From: Octopus sinensis
Lineage: Eukaryota
Reading direction: 5' to 3'
Length of the DNA: 64,000 nt
Assembly: GCF_006345805.1 (NCBI RefSeq)
Contig: NC_043008.1
Coordinates: 23,436,001 to 23,500,000 of the forward strand
Positions 10,831-22,759 of this stretch are shown here, one piece after another. Under the pieces are notes generated by a model. That model made no database searches. It worked only from the letters and a program-made list of their open reading frames with translations, and was not told the origin of the DNA. How positions within the stretch are numbered: position 1 is the first letter of the stretch; the number at the start of each line of letters is the position of its first letter. Position numbers and translations under genes: made by a program.

Positions 10831-12394
10831 TTGAATTCCTCAAATGCTGATATTAATGGCAATCCAGTTTCAGTTGAATGACCAACAGAGCTATATTAGA
10901 CAACATTTGGAGCTCACTGAACTGCTTCTTTTAGTAAACATTCATCATTTGCTGCATACTCAGAAACCTTGTATACAAGCAGCTGCTACACAACTCCTGG
11001 TTGCAACCCAAACTGACAGCACCAGAGCTTTGATTTTTCAGTTATCAATATCCCATCAATTTACTTGGATTACTTGCTCACTTGCCCTTGAGTCTTTACT
11101 CCACAATGTTTTTTATTCAAGCTAACCTCATAATAACATCTCAAACTTTTTGTATGTTGCTTCAAAACCCATGGGATGTTCTCTCTGTTTACTTGAAATT
11201 GCTTTTCCATTACTTTATCTTTCCTGAGCCATGAAGTAAGTTAGCTTCTCAAACTTTCCCAAAGTTCCTTCAATCTACTTAGCTCCATACAATCATTTAA
11301 TCATTCATGAAAACCCTCACTGATGGCGCCATAACTTCCTCTATAAGTAGCGATCCTTCAATACACCCTGCTACACAATGAGTCATAACCTCCATCCCCG
11401 TCATGAAGAGGAATGGTGAACAGGACATACAATAGAGGTTCCTATTTTCAGGCTATGCTATTCCATAGTTTTATCAAGTCTTTTCGTGAATCTCATTTTG
11501 AACTTATGATAGTAGTTCTGCAGTGTATCAGTGATCACTTTCAGAACCCAGAAGTCTAGTGTAAATTGCAGGCAGTTATGACACACCAAGCCATACACTT
11601 TAGCCAAATATAACTAAATGGCATTGACATATCTTGCACTGCTGAATGAATTAACAAGTCATCTGTAGATGCTCAATGCATTCTGGAAATCCTGGAACCT
11701 CAACTTCCTGAAGGGATGTAAAAAAAAATCTGTTCTTCATGACAAAATCCATCATCCTCCATGCCTATACATGAGTAGCTTGGTGTCAAGCAAGCAAACT
11801 GGTGGCAATTGACAAAGTTTGTCTGAAGTTTGTCAGAGTGTGTGGCACACATGCACTGAGCTTTTGGACCTTACCCGTTGAAAGTGAGAGGCAGCAGTAT
11901 CATAATATCTCATCTGCTGGGCTACTTCCATAGTGAATTGCTTTGGATCCTTGTGGATGAGCTTGTCTAATCAATCCTCATTGGATTGAACAGGTTGACC
12001 AGAATGCAAAGAGTCTGTGAGGTCAAATTTCCCCTCCTTGAAGTGTGATAACCATTTCTACACAGTTCTTTCAGTTATAGTGTTTTCTCTGTACATAGAT
12101 TATATGTTTGCAAGTGGCTTTAGCAGTTTTTGAAATATGACTGAAAAGATGTCAAAATTGCTCATTCTTTTCCAGCCTGGCACTCTATCATCATATGTTG
12201 GAAAAGAAGCAAACTTTATTGAAATTTTAAAAACAATAAAGTTGCGAAGGAAAAATAGAGCTACAATTCTCCCACCCCATAAAACACTATGATACAAATG
12301 TTTTTTTTATTAATTCAAGTAATATTGGAAAGAAACAAATGAACTTACCTAACAATCCAAGATTTATGTGTGTGTGTGTTTATATATATTCTTT

Positions 12395-12782
12395 TATCAT
12401 TTTACTTGTTTCAGTCATTTGACTGTAGTCATGCTGGAACACCACCTTTAGTCAAATAAATTGACCTTAGGACTTATTCTTTGTAAGCCTGGTACTTATT
12501 CTGTTGGTCTCTTTTGCCAAACCACTAAGTTATGGGGACGTAAACACACCAACATTGTCAAGTGATGGTGGGACACAAACACAAACAAGACACAAAACAT
12601 ATACATACACACACACATATACGATGGGCTTCTTTCAGTTTCCATCTACCAAATCCCCTCAAAAAGCTTTGGTTGGCCCGAGGCTATAGTAGAAGACACA
12701 TGCCCAAGGTGTCACGCAGTGTGACTGAACTTGGAACCATGTGATTGGGAAGCAAGCTTCTTACCACACAGCCATGCCTGCA

Positions 12783-12785
<3 letters not shown>
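12395..12785 (-). mobile_element. tRNA-derived SINE (family B, CORE-like central segment)
   Basis: Head GGCTGTGTGGTAAG (A-box-like) and GGTTCCAAGTTCAGTCAC (B-box-like), followed by CCTTGGGCA(A/T)GTGTCTTC. Shares sequence with 12843, 32105, 51610 and 59865. Confidence 0.85.
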
Positions 12786-12834
<49 letters not shown>

Positions 12835-12842
12835 CTTTTACC

Positions 12843-13205
12843 TTTTACTTGTTTAAAGTCAGATTGTGGCCATGCTGGGGCACTGCCTTATAGAATTTTT
12901 AGTCAAATATATCTATCCTATTCTTTTCTTTTAAAAGCCTGGTGCTTATTCTATTGGTCCTAAGTTACAGGAATGTAAACACAGTAGCACCAGTCGTCAA
13001 GTGGTGGTGAAGGGACAATCACAGTCACAAAGACACACGCACACACACACACACATGCAACAGGCTTCTTTCAGTTTCTGTCTACCAAATCTACTCACAA
13101 GGCTTTGGTTGGCCTGAGAAGACACTTGCACAAAGTTCCATGCAGTGGGACTGAACCTAGAACCATATAGTTGGGAGCAAGCTTCTTACCACACAGCCAC
13201 GCCTA
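12843..13205 (-). mobile_element. tRNA-derived SINE family B, second tandem copy
   Basis: Same head and tail as 12395-12785, separated from it by (TA)n. Confidence 0.85.
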
Positions 13206-13207
13206 TA

Positions 13208-13400
13208 TATAATATCTAGTATATATAGATCACAGTAGGTGTGTGTATATTGATTAATGCATACATTTCCACAATTCTCAACTGATTTTCATCAAACTTT
13301 ACATACACATTATTTATGTCCCAAAAATTGTCATGCACTATAACATTTTACCCAGAGCTCTCGTGTAAATGGACAAACTGGGAAAAACAGTAGTTTACAC
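13208..13400 (+). mobile_element. Possible Helitron 5' fragment
   Basis: TCTAGTATATATAG start, plus CAACTGATTTTCATCAAACTTTACATACAC resembling CAACTGATTCTGATGAAACTTGACACACAC in the 7948 Helitron. Confidence 0.35.
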
Positions 13401-14203
13401 TGGTTTTTCTCTAACTTGTTGTATGTACATAGTATTTTTGTATGTAGGGTCTTCCATACCTTTTTAATCTCTATGGTTGTATATTTGCATTACAGAATAT
13501 TTTTTAGTTGTTTCCACACATTTTAAATTTATTATTTATTTATATGTTGTAATTGTGTATTATTAATTTCTATATTTTTATGTGTACTGGTGTGTATTGT
13601 TTGAGTATTTTGGTTTGAGAATATTATAAAGGTGAAAGGATTTTGTCTATTTATTTTGACTATCCACCTGCAATGGTGATTAAATTGACTAGAAACACTG
13701 TACGTGATGAATATCCAATACCAAACAATCTTAATCTCCATATTTAAACTGCATTAAACTTTGGCAAACTTACCTTTACCTATTCTGAGTTTTCTTCTAT
13801 TTGTCGATACCTTTGTTTACCTACCAATGCATTGTTTCACTTTAAGGATGCTTATTTACTCATCCATTATAATATTTCGACTGTTGTCCATTGTTTCAAA
13901 TACATTTTAGCATTGTCATTCTTGCATTCTTAAACAGTCACATATGATTCGTCCAAAAAAAATCAACCTTAAGAGTTTTACTTCCACTAGCAAAAGCTAT
14001 AGATATCTTTCAGAAAGTTCCATACCAATTTAACTTTATGTGGCATTCACTGTTAGTTTATGCCACAGGCTATGTGAGAAGACAGAATAAAGGGGCTTTT
14101 GTTAGCTTATAATAAAATCAGTTATCACTTGGTTCACTAAAACCCATTTCCTATTCCAGATAATACAAGCATATCACCTAAAAAGAGAGCATGCATTGGC
14201 AGA

Positions 14204-14288
14204 AAGTCTTCTGAAGCAGCAAGTCTTCTGCAGCAGCAAGTCTTCTGCAGCAGCAAGTCTTCTGCAGCAGCAAGTCTTCTGCAGCAGC
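14204..14288. repeat. Minisatellite, 5 x 17 bp (AAGTCTTCTGCAGCAGC)
   Basis: Directly visible. Four perfect units and one unit with a single substitution. Confidence 0.95.
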
Positions 14289-15142
14289 AAGGCAGCAGTG
14301 CTGGGAGGCTAAAAAACTGAGAACCAGAGGTACTGTAGACTGTTGAAAAGGGCTGTTGCTGCTAGAGCTGTGACTACTCCAGAGCAGCATGAAACCTATT
14401 GAGTGCATGCTGCAGTCGCAAGGGCTGCAGAAACCCCTGCCGGGCATGCAATGCTGCATCCACTTCTGCCGCAAGGTTGGCAGATGAAAATAACCATCAG
14501 ATGATGTAACTTCAGTCTAATGTTCACTGGAAGACTCTTACCCATGGCTATTAGAAGCCATCAAGTAGTTGATGGGCATCAAAAGTGCTCAACTGTGATC
14601 TTGCTGATGAATATTCCACTCATTGTTCAGGAAAAACAATTATATTTTGTAGTCATTATCTGTAATCTACTCCCAAAACACTAGTGTAGCTTTACTTTGC
14701 ATCACTTGCAAACTTATAGGTTCAATGATCATTAAAGTGCAATGACCTCCACAATAACCAGCCTTCAATTTGGTTTTCCATTCCTAGGTTTATTGGAAAC
14801 AGATTACTGTGCTATTCACAAACCTTTTTGGTAGTTCAATTATTTGGTGAAAAACCCCCACCAAAGCAGCTTAAACTATCCAGATGATGGGTGAATTTGC
14901 TAGTATATATATATATACAATCAAAATAAGCAACAAAAATACCTTCGGTAATTTGGTATGATCGTTTCACGCTACATCATTTTATTAAATGTTGTAAGTA
15001 TTACAACAGTTTTAAAATGTTGAGCAATCATCAGCCATTAATAGAGGTTTTCTATTAATACATAATTTGGATAACACCATACAAAATTCTGGTGCATCTA
15101 ACTTAAGTACCATATTCATTTGAATCTAAATTTTGCTGAACT

Positions 15143-15264
<122 letters not shown>

Positions 15265-15479
15265 GTAGTAGTAACAGAAAAGAAGAATTTCAATTATCCC
15301 CACATGGTGAGTTGTAATGTATATAAGAAATTAAAAAAGGAAAATACACACACTTACATAGTTTTAATATAATTTTTAATATATCGCCCGGTTTCGCTAT
15401 CGCTATTCATGATATTATGTTTTACTTATTTGAATATATATTTTTTCTTAAGAAGAAATTTGGTCCATGTTGTGTGTGA

Positions 15480-18400
15480 TGAAATTCACGAGTGAATGAC
15501 TTCACAAGTAGATAAATAAAGGGAGGTAATTGGTTGTCGTTATTATTGTTATTGTTGTGGTTAAGGGAGATAACTGTTCAGCTTTCGGTAATGGGTGGGG
15601 ATTATATAAGTGTACAGACAGAGACAAGTTTCAAAAACCTTGTTTAGTAGGGGATTTATGTACAATGTAATCGTGAATTGAAATATATAAAAAGATAAAA
15701 GTTGGTTATGCGTGCATATTAAGACGTGTTTTGTATTTTTCAATGAAAAAGGCTTCTTTATTTAAATGTTCTAGTTGAGAGATTGCGTCTTTGCACTTGT
15801 AGAAAGGGAAGACTGTGAAATTTGGTTTGATGTTACCTGCACATTTTTCTATATGTTCACTGAGAGGAATTTGTCTGTATTGCAGGAAACGGATTTGCTC
15901 CTTATGTAGAGTGGTTCTCTTTTCCACAACCCGAGCAGGTTATTACATAAATTAGGTTCTCAGAGGCACAAGTGAAACTAGTTTTAATTGTGAACCTCTG
16001 TCCTTGTTTGAAAAGAAAATCCGAGCCTTCAAGCAGGTTGGGGCAGGTTCCACAGTTTTGGCGTCCACATTTTTCAACCGTTGGTTTCGTGGTTGTTTTG
16101 TAAAACTTCGCATTTGTTTAGCGATTTATCTTGTTTTTTGCATTTGATGAGTTTGCGTGTTTTCAGGATGTCGTTCATTTTTGGATCTCTAGTTAGTAAA
16201 GGAAGAGTTTGCACAATAGTGTTGAATGCCTCACTGTTTTGAGTTGAGGTGTAGTGTTATGTTTTTTTGTTCTTAGTGTTTTGGTGTCTAATTGTTTGGC
16301 ACGTTTAATTCCCTCGTCGATAAGAGAGGGTGGATATTGTCTTTTAATAAGTGTTGTTTTGAGGTCTTGAAGACGAAAGTCTCGAGTTGTTCTATCCGAC
16401 ATTATTGTGCAGATTCTTTTTGCTAAGTTGAAAGGGATGTTTATTTTGATGTGTTTTGGGTGGCATGAGTTAAAGAGAAGATATTGTTTTGAATCAGTTG
16501 GTTTATAATAAATGTCAGTTATTATTTCATTGTTAACTTTTTTTATCATGATGTCTAGAAATGGGAGTTGTTCTTTGTTATATTCCATTGTGAATTGAAT
16601 GTTACTATTTATGTCATTTAGTGTTGTTTTGAAATCCAAAAGTTTGTTGATGTTCTCCTTCCAGATGATAAAGCAGTCATCTAGGTATCTCTTCCAATTT
16701 TCTCTTATGTAGAGGTAAAATGGGTAACCATATTTCTGAAGTGATACTTCATATAAGGAGAATTCAAAATAACCCATTATTAGGTTTGCAAGAACAGGAG
16801 CTGCTTCTGTCCCCATCACAATTCCGCATTTCTGACGATAGTATATGTCATCAAATAGGAAATAATTGTTCTGAAGTATAAATTTTAAGGATTCAATAAT
16901 AAAGATCTGGTTTATGCGTTCCGGGAGGACTTTGGGGTACTTTTCTAACCAAAATTTCATTGCTTTTATTCCATAATCATGGGGGATGTTGGTGTAAAGA
17001 TTGATAACATCGAGGGTAACCAATATTGCCTCTTCATTAATTGTTTTTGGTAGGTGTTCTAGCATGTCTAAATCATCCCTAATGAAGCTTTTGATGTATT
17101 TCAGCAACGGTTTCAGTAGGATGTCTAGAAAATTGCTTAGTTGGTGGGTTTCACAGGCCGGCCCAGCTACAATGGATCTTAAAGTCAAGTCTTCTGGCGT
17201 TTGGATATTTATATATTTGCCTGGTGATTGTTTGCAGGCTTCATTGATTATCTTGCTCTTGTGTATTTTAGGGAGACTGGGTTTACATTTGAAGTTTGTG
17301 ATGTAGTCTGTTTCTTTTTCTAACAGGCCTTTTCCATGTAGAAGAATTAAGGATGCAAGATTTTTCATTGTTTTTTGTTGTTTATAGTTTATAACTTTTT
17401 TGTAGAAGGCCTCGTTTTCTAGTATGGAAAGTACTAGTTTTTTATAGTGTTCTGTGTCCATCAGAACTGCAGCACTTCCTTTGTCAGCTTCTTTAATTGT
17501 CAGGTCTTTGTCGTTTTGTAGTTCAGTCAGATTTTTCCATTCTAGATTGTTGAGGTTAGGATTAATTTTTCATTTAATGGATGTGTAGGGGAAATTTTGG
17601 ATATGGTTGCATAAGTTATCCAGTGTTTTATTCCTACCCTTATGTGGAAGGTAATTACTTCTGTTTTTGACTAGTGATTCATCTTCATTGTCGTAGTCAG
17701 TTAGTGCTTCTGTGAGTAGTAGTTTTCTGCGGAATTCCGAAATATTGTCTTTAATTTCATTTTGGTTAGCTCTTCGTGGGGTTGGGGTGAGCTTTAAACC
17801 TTTGGCTAGTATATTGATTTTTGTTATGGATAGAATTTGCTTTGATAAGTTAATGACTTTGGGTTTCTCCTGTACGCTTTGTTCCAATGTGTGTCCCTGT
17901 TTCTCTCCACTTGGTCTAAAAAATGTTGATTATAGTTCGGTTGGTAGAATTTATTATTTGTGTTATTATTGTTATTAATTAAATCAGTATTATTAGTACT
18001 TATCATATTCGGGTTGCTGAGGGGTTGGTGTTGCTGCCTGGGTAAGCTGGTTGGGAGCACGTGGTTAGGATTTCTTTGTTGGAATGAATTCTTGGGGTGC
18101 TTAATTATGTTGTTTCTTCTTAATTATGGGTCTCATATATTTCTAGATGCTGGGTAGAAAAAATTATCACTCCTTACTCTAGGCTGGTTTCTTCTAGTGT
18201 TTCTAATTAGCGAGTAGTTCCTGTTATTAGATAGAGAATGATTTACTTCTAGGTGCTGGGTTACTTTTCTGTGTTTGTGTTCTTTTGGATTTTGATTGTT
18301 TGATCTAGGTGGATGTGCATTTATTTGTGTAGATGCATTTGTTCTAGATTTTTTTATGAAGGGGTTATCTCAAGTGTAGTCTCTTTTAAATTGAACTTCA

Positions 18401-18789
18401 TAATTGAGAAAGAAGTTAATACTGTTTCCCCATCGTTGCAGGGAGTTTATTTCTTCCGTCTCACAGCTGCCTTTCCATAGTTTTATAACACTTTCCAAAA
18501 GTTGTTCCTCAGCTTGTTTGGTGAGTTCAGTGTGCATTTCCTCATCAATCTTTTTGTATTTTTGTTCATTATTCGATGCTCTGAGTTTGAGTAACTCAAT
18601 TTCTATTTTTAATCTTTCTAATGCTAATTTCTCCCTAAGTTTTCCTTGCTGTTCTGGTTCTTCTGGGATTAGTTTAATTTGAAATTTGCGTGAAATTAAA
18701 GGTGTTGAGTTAATCCATTTTTTGTAAATTTCTGCTTTATTGTTATTTTTTATCATATTCCAAAATGAAAATTGTTCCTTATTTGGTAA
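15480..18789 (-). mobile_element. Near full-length Penelope-like element, Neptune-type (RT, Cys-rich linker, GIY-YIG endonuclease), with a long upstream extension
   Basis: VINLS..LAKGLKLTP (17570-17887). RT motifs TLDVINLYTNIP, CGIVMGTEAAP and WKRYLDDCF (ORF 16193-17461). Linker KCGRQNCGTCPNL near 16060. Endonuclease FTCASENLIYVITC and C-terminal EAFFIEKYK (15706-16000). A linker with a C-x4-C-x2-C motif is characteristic of Neptune-group PLEs. Confidence 0.9.
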
Positions 18790-20290
18790 CTGATAATAGG
18801 CACTGTGGAGTTCTAATGTACTGTACATTTCATACATTGATATGCTCTCAACCATTTCATCGATTCTTGGCAATGGATAAGCATTGAGCTGAGTCAAGTG
18901 GTTAATGGTGTGACTGTAATCAACTATGAGCCTTTTTTTTTGTGTCTAGGGTGAGTTTGAAAGCTCAATGATGTCATCACATAACAGTTTTTGTATTTCA
19001 GAGCCAATGAACTGTTTGTCAGGCTTTGAAAAACAACAAGACTTTGTTGCAATTGGTTTGCAGCCTAGGGCCAGGTTGCGAAATAAGGATGGTGCTTCAA
19101 GCATTGCTGCTGCTATTCCACACACAGAAAAAGTAGGCTTTTCTTCTTTGAAAGAAATCTGGAGGTCTTCATGCTGGTCCAAGAAATCATGTCCCAGTAT
19201 AACATCTGATCACAGTTCGGGTAACATGGAAAGTTTTACATTGTCATACACTTGACCTTGGTAGCAGAGTTGCACAAATCAATTACCTTTTGTTACACTT
19301 GAAAATTTCAGGGAAGCCATGAAAATCTTTGGCTCTAAAGGATAAGTGTTTAGTTCCAGGGATTTGGAAAGATCAGAGCAGATGTAGCTCTCAGAACTTC
19401 CAGTGTCAGCAAGAGCTTTGATAGAAGTATCATTGATGGAAATTTTGATGATAGCTTTAGACAGGTTTGTAGGTGCAGCTGCAGTAATAACCATACTCAA
19501 TTGAGGATCTGTGGCAGATACAAATTCAGACCATGTAGAATTAGGCGTAGATTAGCAAATCTTTAAGAAATGCCCCTTTTTACCACATCTTTTGCAGGTG
19601 GCATTCTGTGCAGGACATTTTGACCTAGGATGGTCAGAGTAACCACAAAAAAAAATGTTTTAAGGAGTTCACTGCTCCTGTTGTAGATGACATATCGTCA
19701 GATTCAGTATTCTTGGTCAAAGAGATACTACCACAGGGTGTTTGGGTTGTGTAAGCCATTTCAAGAGATTAAGTCAGGTCAAAAGCCCTTTGAAGGTCAA
19801 GAGTTTTATTTTCCAACAGTCTCTGTCTGATATGATTTGAACTTAGACCACTGATGAATGCATCTTAAATGGTGTCTTCATAATTCTTTTCTGCAGTAAC
19901 AGTTTTAAAGTTACATACTTTGGAAAGTCCTTTAAGCTTTTGTAAAATCTGGTCTAAGGTTTGACCCAGATCTTGTTTTGTAGTAGTGAGAATATGCTTA
20001 GCGAAAATCTCATTTCTTGGTTTAACATAAAAGTTTTCAAGAATTTCAATAGCAGTTTCATAATTAGGACATTCTGCAATATATTTGTATACTGACGGAG
20101 CCACAAAATTGGTCAGCAAGTGGAATTTATCAGGATTTTGATCTTCAATGGAGGATAAGAAATTGTTGAAAGTTCATTGGTTCTAGTTCTTTGCAGCATC
20201 GAGAGAATCAGGAGAATCAAAGCATTCCAGTCAAAGAAACCACTCCGTTTTGAATGTCAAATAAATTGAAGTAAGACAATATACAAAAGA
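18790..20290 (-). mobile_element. Ty3/gypsy (Mag-like) fragment: gag, protease and start of RT
   Basis: gag FISGLSSNHIRQRLLEN with two Cys/His knuckles (CGYSDHPRSKCPA, CKRCGKKGHFLKIC); protease ALADTGSSES; RT start NAYPLPRIDEMV..STLELHSAYYQ. No LTR identified. Confidence 0.85.
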
Positions 20291-20409
20291 CAGGTGTGAC
20301 CTTATGATAGGTTTCATTTAACATTCAATACAGCATACTTCACAGTATTAGCTACAATAAAAGCATACAAGATGATAAGTGTTAATCATGAGCAATGAAA
20401 CATCTAATG

Positions 20410-21530
20410 AGGACAAACTTTAGATACAAACACAAATCATGCTATTTTTGACAATCCTGTTGGTTAAAACAGTCATCAACAGGAAATAGGATGTCATCAT
20501 CATTGTGATACTGGTTTTTCCTGCTGGGGAAGAGGTGATAGTCAGATGGGGCCAAATCAGGAGAATAGGGAGGGTGATCAACCAGTTCAAAGCCACAGTC
20601 ATGTACAGCAGCTATTGAAACCAAGTATTGTCCTAATGAAACAAGACCCGTTTCCTTGGTGTTTGGTCTTGATAGCCTTTTGTAATTGCCTCAGAAAGTT
20701 TGTATAGTACTCTTCATTGATGGTGTGGCCCTTTTGAAGGAAGTCAATAAACACAATGCTATTTGCATCCCCAAAACTTGAGGCCATCACTTTCCCTGCT
20801 TGAAATGACCTTGGCCTTCTTTTTAGTAGTTCTTTGGAGCAGGTGAAGAGGGGTGTTTCCACTGCATGGATTATCTCTTTGTCTCTGGCTCAAAGTAGTG
20901 AACCCAACACTCATCGTGGGTTAGAAAACACAAGGAAACCATCTGGATCTGCCTGAAATAATGTCAGATTTTCCCATGATGTGATCAGTCTGATGTGCTT
21001 CTGATCAGGTGTCTATATATGAGGTACTCACTGTGCAGAAACCTTCCTAATGCCGAGTTTATTGTGCAGAGTATTTTCAACTCTCTCATGGGATATGCAA
21101 TGATCAATGTTTTCCTCAATAGTGGTAGTTGCAGGACATTCATATGGTGGTTTGTCTTCAAGGCTTCCCTTCCTCTCCTATTTTTGCAGAAGTGTCATCC
21201 CCTAATGTAGCAGCCATGTCAGTATGAATGTCATTGGGGGAATAAACCCATTTTCTGCAGGTACTTGATAACGTCATATCAATTTTTTTCCATTTTCAAG
21301 AGAATTCACTACAACTCACTAGTGAAGTCTTCTTTGAATAGCTAGATGTAAGTTTAGCTGGAAAGAAACAATTCACTTATTAAAAAAAAAAAAAGAGTTG
21401 AAATTAATGCATGCAAGATTTCATAGCTGTAGCATCACTCCTTCATATTCAGCCTATGGACTTTTCAGTCCAACCTCATACAGCTCACAGATGACAGCTG
21501 TGAGTTTCTATGAATGTAGTAAGGTTTCAC
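20410..21530 (-). mobile_element. Degenerate mariner transposon (irritans-like motifs)
   Basis: ATG at 21293 begins MEK..YDVIKYLQKMGL..IHTDMAATLGDD. Also WVHYFEPETKR.SMQWKH and HPPYSPDLAPSDYHLFP. Many stops; TIRs not resolved. Confidence 0.88.
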
Positions 21531-22272
21531 TATGACAGATGAAAATTACCATAAAAGAAGTAAAACACAAACCCAAAAGAAAGGAAAACTGGTGAGTGCA
21601 AAGAGCAGTACCAGGTAGTAAGTATATATATATATATCAAGGAAAGAAGCTGAAGTTAGAGATTATGAAGAGAAAGAAAGCAGCCAGACAATCAACCAGT
21701 TAAGATGCTGAAAGTAATCTCTACTAGTCACTTGTATAGTCAATCAAATAAGGTTGGATGGTTCATTCTAAATAACTAACATAACAATATTGTCATCAAC
21801 TGCAAAGCTGAAATACTCTAGAAAGGAATAACTACAGAGGTTCGAACTGATGGGCTAAATTATGAAAGTAGTAGAAAGAGTTTGCTGGTGGGGATATTTA
21901 TTGTGTGTGGAGGTTAGCAGTTGGGTAAAGAGGTGCCAAAGAATCCAGGTGTAAGGGACCTGCAAAAGAGGAAGAGTAAAGAGAATAGATACAAAAAGAA
22001 GTGGTAAAGTTGATCTTTGTGGGGTGAACTCAGTGAAGACAATGAAGGACTAGATAAAGTTAAATGGCAGATGCTATGCTAGAGAAGACATGTTAAATCC
22101 ATGCAGCAAAGGAAAATAGATATAAAGTGGTAATGGTAGTGGCAGCACTATTGTTGCTACATTAATATAAAGTTATCTGTGCATATCATCTTTAGAGAAT
22201 TACATTTGCAGAGCTTTGTTGCATTATTTTCTTGTACAGATTTTACGATTAACAATCCGGAAATATTTTTAG

Positions 22273-22381
22273 GGTCATTAGTAAGGACTTACGCAATGGT
22301 TTGGCTGCATTTGCTCGAAACCTCAACACACTACATGAAGAAGTATCATCCCCTAACATGCAAGGAGAAACTAATTTCAAG
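22273..22381 (+). CDS. IQCH: IQCH-like gene, penultimate coding exon ([36 protein letters not shown])
   Basis: Acceptor ATATTTTTAG with TTAAC about 20 nt upstream; donor AAG|GTTGGT. 109 bp = 1 nt + 36 codons. S[11 protein letters not shown] matches the IQCH C-terminal motif as I recall it ([16 protein letters not shown]). Confidence 0.88.
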
Positions 22382-22759
22382 GTTGGTACTATTTGTTTAT
22401 TTACATTTACTTCATTCCATGCTACTTAGATCTTAGGAATGTAAATAATGAATATGAGGAACAAACACTAAAATTATCACACATAAATTATTTATTTAAA
22501 ATAAATAAGAAATTTACTGAAAACCCCAAATTATTCATACATTAATGAGATTATATATGTTTTAAATCTATCAACTATTTACTTTTCTCTCTGTTAACCT
22601 ACCTGCTTACTTTGTCTTCTTTCCTTCTCATCTATTTATGTATTGGATTTAGTGCTTCACTTCTGATCTATTTTAGACAGCTAAGTATATGATTACTTTT
22701 ACCTCCCTTGGTATGCAAATCCATAACCCTTACAGAGCTAAAAATGTTATTGGTTTTGA

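Noticed and set aside
12100-12350. Exon-like frames on both strands (ORF 12100..12297; acceptor TTTTCCAG near 12175)
   Set aside because: The plus reading in IQCH phase hits a stop with no donor, and the IQCH peptide is already continuous without it.
13450-14000. Possible further Penelope relic
   Set aside because: Only faint motif traces in AT-rich sequence; I could not confirm order or frame.
21540-21592. Short AG..GTGAGT-bounded plus-strand exon candidate
   Set aside because: It is not needed for the IQCH peptide, is K-rich and low complexity, and lies beside the mariner 5' end.
22179-22436. 85-aa ORF in the track overlapping the IQCH exon
   Set aside because: Wrong frame; the IQCH-like peptide is in another frame bounded by splice sites.
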